A stretch of DNA of 20,000 nucleotides, taken from positions 8,245,881 to 8,265,880 of the forward strand of contig MU058636.1 of NCBI GenBank assembly GCA_013265495.1, in the 5' to 3' direction. The notes beneath the pieces were generated by a model, which saw only the letters and a program-made list of their open reading frames with translations, did not search any database and had not been told where the DNA came from. Shown here piece after piece: positions 1 to 10,494 of this stretch. Position 1 is the first letter of the stretch. Each line of letters opens with the position of its first letter. Position numbers and translations under genes: made by a program. The DNA is from Vicugna vicugna. Taxonomy: Eukaryota.

Positions 1-1148
1 CCAGGTTCCTTGTGCGTTGCTGATGGTGAAGGAACCTCCTTTGCACAGGCTCCATCTTTCCATATGGAAGGATTTCCATGAGAGTAAAACTGGTGTCTTT
101 TTCCACCCTCTGGTGAGACATTCCTGGTGCTTTATCTCCCCCTGTTGTTTTAGCCCATTCTCTCCCTCAGTGCTCCCAAAGTGATTGGTGACTTTGGAAA
201 GAGGAATTTTGAATATGTGGCTTAATTACTTCCTTTTCTCTGGATTTTCCTACAGACAGCACCCATTCTGTCATGATCTTCCATTCCAGACTGCCGCTGT
301 TGGGAGGTCTACAGCCTTTAGCACTGCCTGTAATTGGGTTTAAACTCTGTTTAATTTGAGGATCCAGTATTAGGAAGCTCCTGATTACCGAACACCTGAG
401 CCACATCCCCCAATCCATGAATAATAAAATTAGTATTTTGTTTTTCTCCTGCTTATGTCCTGCCTCTATCTCCCATGCAATTCTGAAATTGGGAGGGGAA
501 AAGACGATTTCATTTATCAGCTTTTGAAAACCCCAGTAGACATTTCATCCATGTATCTGCTGATATGCTACCTCTTTCTGCATAACAGCAGATCTCAACC
601 TATTACCCTCAGTGCATCCCTCAGTTATTTCCATATACTTCCAAGATGTCCAATGGATGTCCAGCTCTAGATGTAGTTGTCACTTGGTGCTCAATCTTCA
701 CATTCTTATATTCTAGCTCCTCAGTATATGCAATTGCTGCCCAAGAAGTCTCATTATTTCCACTTCATGTCATGGGAGCACGAGTTTACTCCAAGAGAAA
801 TATCTCTAGATGCTCCTCAAGTGACAGTCCTCGAGCTGCCAACATGTTGTAGGATTCCAGGCAGCAGTGGGAAGAATGACTTCTTCCTCAATTTCGTGCC
901 TCAACTTAAAAAAAAAAAAATTTAAGCCCCAGAGAACCTCTTCTGGGGTCCAGTATCTTACAGAATCTTTCATGTCAAAGAGCTTAATCATTTTTTGGGT
1001 CCCCCACCCCACTATTGGGAACAGACAAAAACTAGTACCCCTGCCACCCTTCTCCTTTCTTAATATTAGACTCTAAGCACACACTCCCTTCTCCCATTCT
1101 GCTTACAAAACAGTAGCTCCTATGTATGTCAGTCACTGCATATAAATA
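1..1148 (-). mobile_element. Possible highly decayed LTR-retroelement segment (ERVL/Gypsy-like, gag-like remnants); tentative
   Basis: The minus strand is purine-rich. It translates to stop-interrupted protein-like text: LESYNMLAARGLSLEEHLEIFLLE*TRAPMT*SGNNETSWAAIAYTEELEYKNVKIEHQV and later AYQQIHG*NVYW. These weakly recall ERV-L gag motifs (YNEVGW..., LYRQKxGEYVWEW). GGGTGTTACA near 1139-1148 reads TGTAACACCC on the minus strand, an LTR-like terminus. The similarity is weak and from memory. Confidence 0.3.
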
Positions 1149-1469
1149 TCTTCAGTGTGGGTGTTACAGTGAGGGTTGATGAAGGATGTAAAATATGAAC
1201 TCCAGTTTAGCCTGTGTTAAACCATAGGTTAGGCATTTTATTTGCTTTTTCATTTCAGTGTTCCCTCTAAACACTAGTGAATGTTCAGTACTGATATACA
1301 AGACACGTTATATATGTCTGTATCTCTATAACCTAATAGATTCTTTTGTTAATGAACACAAAGAGGCATAATATGTCAGTAATTTAATTTTATGTATTTG
1401 TCATTTCTAGGCCAAGTGAATTTCTGTGAAAATTTTCCTGTAAAATAATAATACTTATTTCATTAATAA

Positions 1470-1862
1470 GTAGGTAGAGAGCCACAAAGCACATTCTTGC
1501 TCCTCCTACTTAGGTGCAGGTGTTTGGAGACAGCCCAAGTCTCAGGCTTTGCAATCCAAAAAGCATCGGAGACCTAAAGTTGCCTCCCTCTTTTCCCTTT
1601 GGCTGACTTCCTTTAATTCATGAAATTGGTCTCTTGTGGGTCTGAGAACTTGCTCTAAACTGGGATGTGTACACACACAGGAGTGAGGGTGAGAGACATG
1701 AGCAGAGCAATACAGAGACTGAATGACCTAAATGTCTGAAAAGTAGTCTCTAGTCCTTGAAATTCACATGAGAAATAGCTAAAATGACCACTACAGATTA
1801 ACCCTTCCCCAACCCTTGGCTACATACAAGTAAAGTTGTTTTTGATTAAAATGAAAAACACT
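1470..1862 (+). mobile_element. Possible old ERVL-class solo LTR fragment (LTR33/LTR16/MLT1-like)
   Basis: The layout gagagacatgagcagagc...agagactgaatgac...cccttggctacatacaagtaaag loosely resembles the 3' half of old ERVL/MaLR LTRs. Highly diverged. Confidence 0.25.
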
Positions 1863-2058
1863 AGAGAGAAAAATCTCCTCCTAAAATATACCTAATTTTT
1901 GCAATAGGTTTTAAAATGACAACTAAAAGTATTCTTTTGCAGTTGCTTGCATATTTTGTATTGGAAATATGCTGGAAAACAAAATAAAATGCAGAAATAT
2001 ACATAATATAATTTACCGTGAATATAGGTGCAACTTCATGAGTCAAACATTAATTCAG

Positions 2059-2106
2059 CTTTCTCTCTCTCCTTTTTCTTTCTCTCTCTCTCTCTCTCTC
2101 TCTTTT
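2059..2106 (+). repeat. Polypyrimidine tract with (TC)11 microsatellite
   Basis: Directly visible: ctttctctctctcctttttctt followed by (tc)11 at 2081-2102 and then tttt. Confidence 0.95.
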
Positions 2107-2309
2107 AGCCTGGAATTTCAGTAGGGACAGTGACAAGCTTCCGGAAATGGAAGTCAGAATATCTCCAGTAATTGGGAGGGAAGAAAGGACAAACACTAGT
2201 TGATAAATAGGGTTTTGAGGTGATTTTCCAGTACAGTGTCATAAACCAAGTTAAAAATATATCAATACACAACTGGTTTTGTTACAGCTGGTGTTTGAAC
2301 TAGTAAACA

Positions 2310-2415
2310 CTAATTAAGCCCCTTTTACTAGCAAGCTGTTCTACTGAGCACTATGGCAGAAGCAAAGATGTTAAAACGTAGTGTCTGTAAGATCATAGTC
2401 TAGAACGGACAGTTG
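2310..2415 (-). mobile_element. L2 3'-end fragment (tentative)
   Basis: actgagcactatggcagaagcaaagatgttaaaacgtagtgtctgtaagatcatagtctag resembles the antisense L2 3' motif (...gatacaaagatgaataagac...ctcacagtctag). Confidence 0.35.
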
Positions 2416-2611
2416 TATATGAATCTTTGACTAAAGATATACATGTAAGTTTTATTCTGTTATACTATAGAAGGTGTGTAACAGTTATTTCACGGTAGCA
2501 CATTAGTGATTGATCAATAAATAGCAAAAATAGCAAGTGATTAAGAGGAGATATAAGGAAAAGAGACACCACTGCCTTCTGGAGTGAGTTAAGATCATTC
2601 TAATTAAGATC

Positions 2612-2830
2612 CAACATTATTCAGTACTTTCTATGTGCTAGGCAATGTGCTAAGGACTTTACGTGTATTCGGTTATTTTATCCATATGATAACTCTGTGG
2701 GATGGAAGGAATTACTATCCTTCTGTTTTGTACCTGAAGACATTGAGGCCAGAGAGGTTGGGTAATTTGCCTAAGGCAGTGGAGGAGACAGAATTTGAAT
2801 TGCAGATACCACGTCCTTAGTTACTGCTAA
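2612..2830 (-). mobile_element. MIR SINE
   Basis: Matches the reverse complement of the MIR consensus: ctatgtgctaggcaatgtgctaaggactttac...attactatcc...ttttgtacctgaagacattgaggccagagaggttgggtaatttgcctaagg...gaatttgaa. Confidence 0.92.
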
Positions 2831-3189
2831 AGACTGAATGACGGATTTTGGTTGCTGATCTTGAAAATTCATGTGACCTAGATACACACAAGCAATGTGC
2901 TTCTGAAGCAACTGTGAATATGAAATTCACAGGACAAGTCATACATTATCTAAATTATTTTAAAATATACATTTCTTTTAAAATCAATCACCAGCAAAGG
3001 TCATTGGGTCATTTATGACTACTGCCTCATTCCTTTGTTCTTTACTATGGTTAAGAGCTATTGGGAGAGAAAAATGCTTGGCCACTTCATTGGGGTTGGA
3101 TGGTAAGATCTTAGGAGCAACTCAACAACAAAAGGCAATCACTAAATTCTTAAAGTGAGGCTATAAAGAACATCCTGCTTGCCCTGAGG

Positions 3190-3312
3190 TGGAGGGTGAA
3201 GAAAAGGAGAAGAAAGAGGTGGTCAGTGAGAAGCAGGAGCAGTTAGTGGGGAGATGAGAGGCTGGGAGAACAGATGAGGAGCAGGCTAGAGAAGGGATCA
3301 AGAAAGGACTCC
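3190..3312 (-). mobile_element. Purine-rich tract, probable L2 fragment
   Basis: GA-rich sequence with gagatgagaggctgggaga...gaggagcaggctaga, like antisense L2 (gagatgaggctggagagg...ggggccagatca). Could also be simple low-complexity DNA. Confidence 0.35.
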
Positions 3313-3916
3313 TACATCCCATTCTCATTGGAGGAATGTTGGGAAAAAAGTATATCTGAAAGAAGAATTTTAAAATTTGAGCTCTTCTAATCTGAAATCT
3401 TTAATAAAGTCTCCATTGCTCATAATGATCAGTGTATGACTTTTAAAAAAGGTAATATTTTAATTTTTTTTGTAAAAGATAGTAGTTCACAATTTGGTTG
3501 GCACACTGAAACGCTGAGACAGCACATGTGGAAGCAGACAGAAGGTGAAGGCAGAGAGGGTCATGGGAATGCTCAACACTGCCACAGACTGTGGAGTCGT
3601 GAGTTACAAGCAGCTCTCACTTGGAGCTGTCCTTACTATGATGGCAAGCATTGTGTTTTAGTCCCAGATTTTTTTTTTTTTGTAGTGCCAGTCAAAACCT
3701 AACACTAAAGTGGTTCTATTTAGTGAATGCCATAAAAGTTGCAACAATGACTGTCATGTCTTTATCAAAATTTTTCTCTCACAGTTCTAGTCAGAATTGC
3801 TAAGTGTCTTTCCAGACTCATTAGCACCTCTCTTCCTTTTACATCATGTATCTTCTTTTTGCATCTCACCAGAAAGAAGACAGTCTTAGGCAGCCTCATC
3901 CCTTCCTTTCACATAG

Positions 3917-4095
3917 AGCAGGTGTAGTCAAGAGGAAAAAGCTTGTGCTAGGGGTCAGGGGCTTAGATTCGGGTTTCTGGCTTCAGTTTCTGCGTCTACA
4001 GGGTAGTAATCTGAACCCTGTTCTGGTGAGGATTAAGCCAAATACGGTGGGTAGTACTTTGTAAACTGTAAGTGGCTATAGACATTTAGGTATGA
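3917..4095 (+). mobile_element. MIR SINE (MIRc/MIR3-like tail), internally deleted
   Basis: Contains the core gcttcagtttc, then ggtgaggattaa, and the tail agtactttgtaaactgtaagtggctatagacatttagg, which matches the MIRc/MIR3 3' end (gtgctttgtaaactgtaaagcgctatacaaatg). Confidence 0.8.
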
Positions 4096-6269
4096 TCTTA
4101 AAAGAAAAAGGCAAAAATAATTTGAGTCAAAATATTTTCTGGATTGAACAAAGTAACCCATCTCTTTCCGCTCTCAAACCTTGTGCTGTTGGAAAATGGA
4201 TCCTGGGGGAAATCTTAGCTCCTTAGTAAGTGAACTGGACCCAGGGTGCAGTCTTTCGCCCTTCTTTGCCACTGATAAGAAAGGTCAGAATCTTAACATT
4301 TTTTCTGAGATAACTAAAAAAGTAGGTTGCAAAGTGTAGTGATGTGAGTTCTGAGAAAGTACGAAGAAGCCCAGCAAAGGTAACTGACTTGTTAGCGTTA
4401 ACAGCTTATGGTAATTTTTGGCTGTTTCCTTATTCTTTGCGCAATTAAGATGTGATTTTATTTTTATGTGTGTGAATATATTTATTTGGAAAACTGATGT
4501 GGTTCTAGTTATAAGAATTTCTGTGTCCGGAAACATTTATCTTTTTGGAAATTGGGTGTTAATAGCCATTGTTAGTCACAGAAATATTTGTGCCTGTGAT
4601 ATAATTAATCTGATTCATACATCTGCACAATCCTTTGAAATTCACAGAATTTGAAAAATAAATCTTTCTGTTCACATTTAGGAATCTGCTGACGTCTTCA
4701 ACTGCTCTGTGAAATCTACTATAATATGCTGTAAGTAAAGTGGTTTCCCACCTTTTGGGGGGAGACTGTCTTGTTCTGTATCCCTCACATACATCATCTT
4801 GCTTTCCAGTTTTCGACCAAATGGACATGCCACATATTTTAAAGTAAATGCACAAACAACTCTCAATTATCCATGCCAACGAACAGAAGTAAAATGGAAG
4901 TTGTGGCAAGTACAGGTTTAGGTATGATGAATCAATTTATTTTCTTTCTTCATGAAAGGTTTCTTATTGGAGGCACAATTTCAAAGGTACTTCCATACTG
5001 CCTTTTAAAGATTTTAAAATAAATTAACAAAAGTAGGTGTAGGATGGTGTGAATAAATGTTCAATAGTCTGGGGTATGACTAGTGTACTTGTCACAATGC
5101 GAGAAGTATAGAAACACTGTTTCTAACTGGAAAGTTTACAATTGAGAAGTAAGAATGTTGAAGGAAGATGGCAGAATCTGGTAGGATACATTTGTGATTT
5201 GAACAAAGTTTCTTTAATTTTTTTTTTAATTTTGTAGAGATGTGAATACAAGGTTTCTTCTCTCCTAGCATAAAAGGGAAAATATTTAGACACATGGGTC
5301 ACAAAAGCCATTTATGCTCAAAATACTTGCTCAAAGCCCTGATCAGAATATCTCTGGCACTACGAGGGCCTGGCAAACTCAGAGTGTACTCCTTTGATGA
5401 GACCTGGGATGGCGTCCCAGGGGCCCTGGCATCCTCCCGTCTACCTGGCTGAGGCATGCTCTCTGTACAGTATGTGCAGTACTGTTCGGCTCCTGCTTCG
5501 TTACTATCTGGAATCAGTTGCACATGTGGGTTGGCCTCTGGAGGCCTGGGCCCAGGGAACACTGTCTGAGTGGTTTTCCACTCAATGTTTGGTTTGGCCC
5601 AGTCCATGCGATGTCTTGCCAAACCTGGAAACTCCTGTCAGGAGTCACTCATCCCAGGTTGGGAAATTTTCCTCACGCTGTTGTTCGAGAACTCTGATCT
5701 TTCACTTTAAACCTGGTGGGATGTCTGTTGGCCAGACCAGAGTGTCAAGAAGCCACATTTTTCCCTGTGAAGAACGTGTCTGCAGCGGATGGTATTTGTA
5801 CTAGTGAAAGTATTTAGGGTTGTGGTGTTGGCCAAGTTTACCCACTTAAAAAATGAGAAACTCGTAAATGTTGCGCTGAAAAGCCCTCCACTTAAAAATA
5901 ACGGAGGCAATGACTACTCCAGTTCATTAGCCAAAGGAAAACATAAGGTGTGGTACAGGATGTTAACTTGGAAACAGAATTTTGTGTTTAGATCTATAGC
6001 CTAAGAGAGTTAGCAAAATGTTCTTCTATAAAGTGAGCATGACACATGGCTCCACACAGCCGTGCCAAGGGCGTGGTGATCTTGGCACTGACAGAAGGGC
6101 CTGGCTCTCCACTTGGCCCTCCTTCGCACCTGTGAGGATGGATTGGTTTTCATATTTTATTCTTGTGCCCAGAGATCTCATTCTTTCAATGCACTGTGTG
6201 TATGGCAAATGAAGCCCACAAATTAAACCAGTAGATACCTAAATTTCCTTTTGCCTAACATTGTACTGG

Positions 6270-6972
6270 GCATCTAACTTAATATTGTTTAAAGAACGTA
6301 CATAGATCACATATATGTACAGATCAACAGGTTTTCCCAGAGTGAACACACTTATGTGACTATGACTACCCACATCAAGAAACAGAACAATTATTGGTGC
6401 CCCAGGAGCCTCTCTTGTGACCTTCATAGTCACTACCTGCTCCTCCGCTCCATAAGCAGTCTCCATTCAGACTTTCGAGGGTCATATAAATGGAATCATA
6501 CAGTGTGAAGATTTTTTCTGGGTCTGATTAAGTTTCTAGAATGCATCCATTTTATTGTAAGTAGCAGTAGTTTGTCATTTTTCATTGTAGATAGCCTTCC
6601 ATTGTGTGTGTGTGTGTGTGTGTGTATCAAAATTATCAATCCATTCAACTCTAAATAGGTATTTGGGGTTTTCCCAGTTTTGAGCTGTTATAGTGCTGCT
6701 GTGATCATGTCTGCCTAGTTTTTTTTTAATGAACACAGATACGCATTTCTGTTAGCTATAAAACTAAAAGTAGAATTGCTTGGTGGTATGATGTGTGTTT
6801 TTCAGTTGTAGAAGACATTACTGGAAGGTTTTCCAAAATGGTTGTATCACTGTGCTAACCATCAGTATATGAGAATTCCAGTCTCTCAGGAGTCTTACCA
6901 ACACTATTGTCAATCTTCCTAATTTTAGCATTCGTAGTTGTGAAGTGGTATACTGTTGCATTTCCCTAATGA
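6270..6972 (-). mobile_element. Ancient LINE-1 3' end (ORF2 C-terminus and 3'UTR), L1ME/L1MD-like
   Basis: Typical antisense L1M motifs in the correct order: agtgaacacac...atcaagaaacagaaca, catataaatggaatcatacag, ccagttttgagctgtta, aaagtagaattgct, ttttccaaaatggttgtatca, cagtatatgagaattccagt, ttgcatttccctaatga. Confidence 0.92.
6603..6625 (+). repeat. (TG)11 microsatellite expanded inside the L1 fragment
   Basis: Directly visible. It sits at the L1 'ttccattgtgtg' position. Confidence 0.95.
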
Positions 6973-6988
6973 AATACTTTAAAATAGC

Positions 6989-8045
6989 AGCGCTACCTCT
7001 TCCTGATGATCAGGGCCAATTATTTTTGTCAAGATTATGGTTCTTGCCTGTTTGTCCCTGGTGGTGGTATAGCTTGGAGTTGAAAGGGACTATTTGTTCT
7101 GTGGTGAAAGTGTGTCCTCTTTAGGGATCAGGACCTCCAACCCTACAGAGCTCAGAGCTGTGGGGATGAAAATTCCAGGGTCCTCAGGGGGTCATGGGGA
7201 GTGATGGAAAGCAGACCATCACATGCCTTGGTTCCCATACTCGTTACCATATACAATTCTTTAGTCCCACGTCTATACTGCTTCACAGAGGATGGAATTC
7301 CATCCTTGTAGTGCATTGTCTCTAAACTGGCACATCAATTGTGAATTTCAGTAACGATAGCAGCTTTTTTGTTGGTATAATATGCATTCCCACCAGCAGA
7401 TCCTACCTTTCTATTGTCAGGGCCCACTCTTGTACCTCTTCTGTTGTAAAAATGGGTCATCTGGGCTGATGCAATGTCATGTGGGTCCCAAGTAATGGAG
7501 TGAATACTCTGTGAGCCCTTGGATAGTGGTGTGAGCTGAGGCTTGAAATGCAGGAAAACCTGTACCTAGAATGTATATCTGTTTCTCCGAAGTCAAGTCA
7601 TTGGCCTTTCCAGGATGTAAGAGGCCCATGTAGTAAGCTTGACCCCATATGGTGGAACTTGGCAGAATCCTGGAGGTATGGTGACATATGGGGCTCAACC
7701 TTGGCATCTGTTGCTGTCCAGATGGGCATTCAGTGGCAGCCTCAGCTGAATCATCCCCAATCAGTGGGAGTTCACACATGGCCCATGTATAGCCTCCGTA
7801 TCTTTTACCTTAGCCACTCCATTCATGTGCCCGTTGTGGCTCTGTCGTGACTTATGACTGAGGCTGGCTGAGAAAAAACTGGGTCGGTTTTTCTCTTTGG
7901 TTGTGTAGTGCATCTCCTGTTTCAGGTGCTCTTTGATGTGCTTTAACATGTGACACAAAGATCTTCACACTTTGTGCTCACTCCCGTGTGTACATCCACC
8001 TGTCTCTCCACCAGACCTCCTTGTCTCTATCCTCCAATCTTTCTT
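6989..8045 (-). mobile_element. pol: Decayed ERV-L (class III endogenous retrovirus) internal fragment: pol RNase H C-terminus plus integrase
   Basis: Minus-strand translation with stops and frameshifts gives DKEVWW..., SVKIFVSHVKAHQRA, AHEWSG*GKRYGGYTWAMCELPL...AATECPSGQQQMPRLSP, GFPAFQASAHTTIQGLTE, LEVLIPKEDTLSPQNK and IGPDHQE. These are collinear with ERV-L pol (VKIFVSHVSAHQR; AHEQSGHGGRDGGYAWAQQHGLPL..ATAECPICQQQRPTLSP; ASAKTTIRGLTE; LEVLVPEGGTLPPGDT; IDPDYQ). ORF 7477-7779(-) is part of this fragment. Confidence 0.93.
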
Positions 8046-8065
8046 GGCATGCCGAAGAATTGAAA

Positions 8066-8648
8066 AGCAAACTAAATACCAGATGTTGTGTATGAAAAAT
8101 TATGGAGATAATTTGTGAAGCTCTGCTTGATGTTATCTTTCTCCAGAGAGGATTTAATACTAATTCACCCTGTCTTAGAGCAGGAGCAGATCTCCTTTAC
8201 CAGGTCTTGGATTTAGCTGGTTCAGTGCTGGATTTTTATGTGAGCTTTGCCCTTCATCCTAACGTGTGGAATTTCGAAGTCTTCTGGAGGTCTGGGTTGT
8301 TTGTCAGGGGCCACCTTCTTTGGGGGTTCCTGAACTCCAGCTTTTCTCTCTCTCGTCTCATTAGATTCTTCAAAACTCAACTCAGGTTCTCAGCATTTTG
8401 GCCATTGTTTTCTGCTTTGCTTCTCAGCCTCTTAATCCTGTCCTTCTTAGAGCCTAGCAAATATCTTACAGGAAAAACACAAGAGAGAACTTCCGTTTCT
8501 CTCCAATATCTTGAATGCTCACATTATTCTATCTTCAAACACATATGTTTTAAAATTTTCTCCAACTTTTCTAAATGTTTCAGACTAACTCTGTGAAAAT
8601 ATTGCTCTGCAACAAGCTACTCCTCCAATGTCAGAAGCAGGAAATCCT
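8066..8648 (-). mobile_element. Ancient LINE-1 5' region (L1ME/L1M4-type 5'UTR)
   Basis: gatgttatctttctccagagaggattta, gggttcctgaactccagcttt and the terminal caagctactcctccaatgtcagaagcaggaaatcc resemble antisense L1M 5' ends (...caagctactccatcatggccggaagcggaagtc). Confidence 0.7.
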
Positions 8649-8679
8649 GGAGGCTTTTTCAGTGAGAGAAATGTACTAG

Positions 8680-8756
8680 GTTTGTTATTGTATTCCCAGT
8701 GCCTTCCAGAACCCTCAATACATGAAGGTGCTCAGAAATTTTTTCAATAAATGAAA
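8680..8756 (+). mobile_element. L2 3'-terminal fragment
   Basis: tgtattcccagtgcct...atacatgaaggtgctcagaaattttttcaataaatgaa matches the L2 tail (tgtatccccagtgcctag...cacatagtaggtgctcaataaatatttgttgaatgaa). Confidence 0.7.
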
Positions 8757-9399
8757 ATATGCAAGAGAAGCATAAAACAGGCCCATATTAAGGGGTATTT
8801 TTGATCTAATGAGCTAGCTAAGATTCACTGAAAATTATATAAAAGCTTAGTTTAATTCCAACACATTTAAGAGAATCTTTCATTACAACTTGAATTCTGT
8901 TTTATCTTTTTCCTCCCTCTAAAACATTTGGAACACATTCTACAATTTTTTCCTCAGTCTCATATTGTCTTAATAGTATGTTTGATGTTACAAGCTGGGA
9001 AATATGTTTGTCATCTTAGCATAAGGTAAGCTCTAGAGGAAAGGCTACATTCATATGTCTGCTACATTCTTCAACATGTCCCAAGCAGTGCTAAATACAT
9101 TGATGGCATGTGATAATACCTTCTTTGAAATATAAGGTAATTGAAATTAAAGTGCTATATTCTAAACCTGAAGGATTCATATAATGTGTATGGCAATGCA
9201 TATCTTTTAAATACAAAAAATCTGGATGTGTATATTTTTGATGTGCAGTAGATTTTGATGTGTGGTGGTTTTGGGTATGCTACATGCAGAGCACTGTGTT
9301 TCTGAGTAAGTATCCCAGTGCTTCATTGGTGTCATTCAGAGTTGCCACCATGGCCTGCTGAGAGGAGGACAGAATCACTGTGATTAAAAAGTAAAGATC

Positions 9400-9586
9400 T
9401 GTTCATTTCTTGCTTAATATATGACAGATACCATGGTTATTATTTTAATAGATTGTCTCGTTTAATCTCCATGATGACCCTATCCAAAGATACTATTGTT
9501 ATCCCAATTTTTAGAGGAAACTGAGGCAGAAAAAGGTAAGCCACTTTCCCAAGGTTATAAAGCTAGCAAGTGGAGGACCTAGAACA
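9400..9586 (-). mobile_element. MIR SINE
   Basis: tctcgtttaatctccatgatgaccctat...tactattgttatcccaatttttagaggaaactgaggcagaaaaaggtaagccactttcccaaggttataaagctagcaagtgg is the MIR core in reverse orientation. Confidence 0.93.
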
Positions 9587-10423
9587 GTGATTGTGGTAGC
9601 AAGTGGTCCTAATAAAATATGTTGCACTGTTCCGCTCTCCATTTCAAATTCTCCAGTCCCCAGTCCTGGTCACGAAGGGGAAGCAGAGAGAGAAGTATGA
9701 TTCAGTTTCCTGTCCCAGCACCCTCAGCACAGCAACACGGAGAGGAAGGGAAGGAATTCTTATTTAAACGTTTTCTTTCACCTTAGGCATATATAATTAT
9801 CTGTAGGAAAAGATGTTTTACAATAAGCATGAGAATTTTAACAGTTTTGTTTCTTTCATATTCTGGGTTCTCTCGTTTCTTCATTTTTCACTGGAAAATA
9901 TTGCTATACTCAAGAAATATATAAAACAATGTTGAAGGTGCCAAAGAAGAACACTCAAAGTATCAGAAGGGATAAAAATGTCACTCTGTAAGGACGGACT
10001 GAAATATTAGGGCTTCTTTAGTTGGGAAGAATAAATATTAAGTGGATATTCTCAAAGTTTGGAAAATCACAGAGATTATTTTTTGGATGAAAAAAGAACA
10101 GAATATATGAAAGAATAATGTTTGTAATACCTGAACTGTTTAGAGGGGGAAAAATGATGGGTTTCCTTAGGAAGAATTGAGAACCAGTTAGCCAGATGGA
10201 GGTGACAGAGAAGTCCATTTTCCCAGAAATTCAAAATTATAAAAATGAAGATTGTGATGGGTTCTGTTTTTATTGGATGAATTATGAGGAGAGAGGAGAG
10301 AGAGAATGAGGGACACCTCTGTTTCAGAATCATGGGGGTTATTAATATCCTGGCGATAACTTGGAAGCTAACAATAGATAAAGTTATTGGGCACATAGTT
10401 TGGGTGTTGCAACTAGAAAAAGA

Positions 10424-10434
10424 TGTGTGTGTGT

Positions 10435-10466
<32 letters not shown>

Positions 10467-10494
10467 CTGTGTGTGTGTGTGTGTGTATGCGTGC
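10424..10494 (+). repeat. Interrupted (TG)n microsatellite, about 31 units
   Basis: Directly visible, with two TC interruptions and a degenerate tatgcgtgc tail. Confidence 0.98.

Noticed and set aside
908..920. A13 run as a retrocopy poly(A) tail
   Set aside because: No upstream AATAAA and no evident target-site duplication. It is most likely a simple homopolymer expansion.
4690..4692. In-frame TGA after Cys read as selenocysteine
   Set aside because: No SECIS-like element or selenoprotein similarity is visible. An ordinary stop or CGA-to-TGA decay is simpler.
5299..5804. Overlapping 107-aa (-) and 136-aa (+) ORFs
   Set aside because: No recognisable homology, and such ORFs are expected by chance in a locally GC-richer block.
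7548..7850. 100-aa plus-strand ORF
   Set aside because: It is the antisense shadow of the decayed ERV-L integrase.
8102..8596. Longest ORF (164 aa, +), hydrophobic
   Set aside because: It lies antisense within an old L1 5' relic. The Leu/Phe/Ser richness reflects T/C-rich DNA, and there is no recognisable domain.
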